A stretch of 64,000 bases of DNA, taken from positions 7,034,522 through 7,098,521 of the forward strand of contig MU058781.1 of assembly GCA_013265495.1 (NCBI GenBank), written 5' to 3'. The notes below the pieces were generated by a model. It was not told the origin of the DNA. It worked only from the letters and a program-made list of their open reading frames with translations, and did not search any database. Positions 61,498-64,000 of this stretch are shown here, one piece after another. The stretch's first letter is position 1. Every line of letters starts with the position of its first letter. This DNA comes from Vicugna vicugna (taxonomy: Eukaryota). The position numbers were made by a program, and so were the translations under genes.

Positions 61498-64000
61498 ATG
61501 TTAAATTTTAAAGTGGCCAATGGGAACGTGTTTTTCATTTTTCAATAGGAAATTTAACGTTCTGCTGTTTCTGTTTCTCGGCCACGTGAAACCAAGCTGT
61601 CTGCGGATAGAATCGTATTAGCTAGAAGAACTCACAATCTCAGGGAAGCGTTAACAGCATATCTAGCTTCCTACAAGGGAACTGTTGATCTAAAGTTTCT
61701 GTTAAGCCTGGCATGGCCAAGGTGTTAACAGTAGCCCTGCTTCTGGCTGGCGGCTTTCGGAGGTCCACTTGATCTTTACATGAGACAGATTTTCCCAAAT
61801 GGGCTTAGAAGAAAATCTGATCTCATCTTTCTAAACAAATCTTCGGAAGATTCAGGACTGGAGTGAATCTTGTGTTGGATTCAGGAAGGACAACTCCTTT
61901 CAAGAACTGGCTTAAAGTGCAGGATGGCGTTTCTACCCAAGTCAGACCAATAGAGCAATGGATTTCAGTTAACCAGTGCTGTCTGTTGTTGAAGGACCTA
62001 CGCCAAAAGTCAAGGTCATTACTTCTCCCTTTCTCCTGTCCCAGTGCAGGAATATAGACCCTGACAAGATGCTTCAGACGTTTTTAAACTAGAATAGCCA
62101 TTTTTCTGACTAAATGGAAGACTAGAGGGCGGTGTGAGAGCTCTATTAGCCGCTTTCAGCTTCGTACAACATACCATTCATTTTGGCCTCAGTTTCCTCA
62201 TCCTAGAAGGTCAGAAGTGATTGCTTTCTCGGTCCAGTTCAGATCTAACCTTTCATGTAAGATGGAAAGGATCACCAGCACCCATCGCAAGCCTCACATA
62301 CACGAGAAGAGCACACAAGAGGGAAATTCTCCTTAGTAGTCAAGGAATTGGTAATTGCCCAAAGAAGCTTCCAAGCGCAGAATTAAAGATAATTCCAGAA
62401 GCATGTGAAATATATTGAAAGTTTATTTAAAATAGGCAAATTCAAAGAACAGTGATTGAACCACATTGGTTTGTTTATAGCTCTTGATGGCTCAAAAGAC
62501 AACAAAAGTAGGCAAATTTTTCAGGGACACGTTTCCTCTAGTACTTTTATTAAAAACAACAGAACCTTGGTATCCTTATTTTAAGCACACAATGGACTAT
62601 TTATTCTGAGTGTGTCAGTCAAACTCAGTTGCTTGGTACTGATTAATTTTTTTCCGTATTTCCTGTACACATGGCATGTTCTGTAAATTGAATTAAATTT
62701 CAGGTACATATGTATACGTGTTAATGAATGTTATATAGAATACTATATATGATAGTATGTCTATCTATGCATCTGTAGTGTGCGTGTGTGTGTGTATGTC
62801 TGAATGAACAGGAGACAGGTGGATGAGCACATCTACTTAGGAACAAAGAAATTTTTATTCAGACTTAAATAATACATTTTATTTTAAAAAGTAGAACACA
62901 AGACTACTGGATCTCAAAAATAGTAAATTAAAAAGTAAATTTAAATATTCAAAAAATGCTTTAAAATGCTGATTTTTAAACTAAAATGTGTTTACTTGTC
63001 CATGTATTACTTGAAACCCAGAATAAGGTTTCTTTCAAGTGATTGCTTCCAATTGTGACAAAATGTTTTGATTTAGGGCTTTTAACATTTGAGTTTTTTT
63101 TTTAACATTTGAGATTTAATTTTAAGAGTGGTCACACTAAAACTCATTTCTAATATTTAAATCTGATGTCACAAATATAACCAAGGAAGTAAAACAAAGA
63201 CTTGAAAAAAAATCTTCAGGCTTAATTTCTATTACTCATTTTAATAAAAACAAAAATGTGTGTTGATTGCATCTTTAAATGAAAATGAAGTGGGGCGGGG
63301 AAGGAAAATGACTGTATTCTTTCCCTATCACCCATTCCTGATCTATAGGGTGTTTCTCAAACGTTTCCACATAAACATCCTCAACTGGTACAAGAACATG
63401 AATTCACCCCTGTAAAGAAGAGATTGACCTGGAAACATTGCCCACAGTGAACTACCGAGGACTGGAAACTTCTTTGACATTTCCTGCTTTACTTCTTAAT
63501 TTTATTGTCTTTAACATTCATCTAAAAATTATAATCTATTCCATACTGTTTTGATTTCATTTTGAAGATAACATTGTAAATTACCAAAGTAAAATTCACT
63601 TCTTAAAGATGCTTCACCTTTATCTTGTTTCTTCCAGTACCACTCAGTGTCCCCCTGGGGTGCACCTAAGCTTGTTTGGGAAGGATGCCCTATCTATAGC
63701 TGAAGACACTGAAGAAGGCAAGTCTATTGTGTTACTATTCTCATTACAAAGCATGTATTCAGCACCTTCTCTGTATAAACAAATGTGTCGCAATTAGTGG
63801 CCTAGTCTGGTTTAGGGGAAGGAACATATTGGGCTACTACAGAAGGACGAATAACCCTATCAGGTCATGCCTGATAAACGCCAGGTGAATGGCTGAGATA
63901 TGTGTTACAAGCATATGGAGGAGGGTAGACATTGCTGAAACTTTTTGGTTAAGGGTTTACTGGATCAGTGCTTTGATAGGTTGTTAGGATGGTGGTTGCA

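Noticed and set aside
63080-63113. ttttaacatttgag duplicated around T7 as a retro-insertion
   Set aside because: The junction does not fit an L1 endonuclease site; slippage duplication is simpler.
214-63797. Non-exonic entries of the ORF track as independent genes
   Set aside because: Short, low-complexity or repeat-derived, with no recognisable domains or splice support. The X-rich ones span N gaps. 49789..49986 and 53358..53546 only overlap true RNF144B exons.
1-64000. CRISPR arrays, rRNA, NUMT, prokaryotic systems or a second gene
   Set aside because: No regularly spaced repeat-spacer arrays and no rRNA- or mitochondrial-like sequence seen; everything is consistent with one mammalian gene plus repeats.

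Overview
Mammalian genomic DNA, very probably camelid (Camelus/Vicugna): it carries four tRNA-Ala-derived SINEs of the vic-1 type, and I saw no Alu, BovB/Bov-A or PRE1 copies. The window holds the complete coding region of one + strand gene, RNF144B (IBRDC2/p53RFP, an RBR E3 ubiquitin ligase with a C-terminal membrane anchor). Seven coding exons (3656-3820, 28037-28141, 38573-38633, 47625-47829, 49743-49887, 53448-53537, 54701-54841) splice in frame to 912 nt = 303 aa + stop. A ~3.5 kb 3'UTR probably ends near AATAAA 58349. The promoter and non-coding first exon lie upstream of the window. The rest is intron or downstream intergenic DNA with L1, L2, MIR, LTR and DNA-transposon remnants and four N gaps, all inside L1 copies. 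Repeat family names come from visual recognition, not a database search, and boundaries of old repeats are approximate. No other entry in the ORF track looks like a real gene. I found no convincing new multi-gene system. The best leads are small: (1) a 78-nt hairpin-forming sequence I cannot assign to any repeat, retro-inserted by L1 with poly(A), a perfect 13-bp TSD and a TTTT/AAAA site (37512-37627); (2) a tiny L1 with a probable 3'-transduced tag (8928-9106); (3) a MER21-like LTR with NF-kB, C/EBP-like and GAS motifs; (4) SINE- and L1-donated intronic poly(A) signals and unusual splice sites (GAG acceptor, tandem donor) that could give truncated or soluble isoforms.
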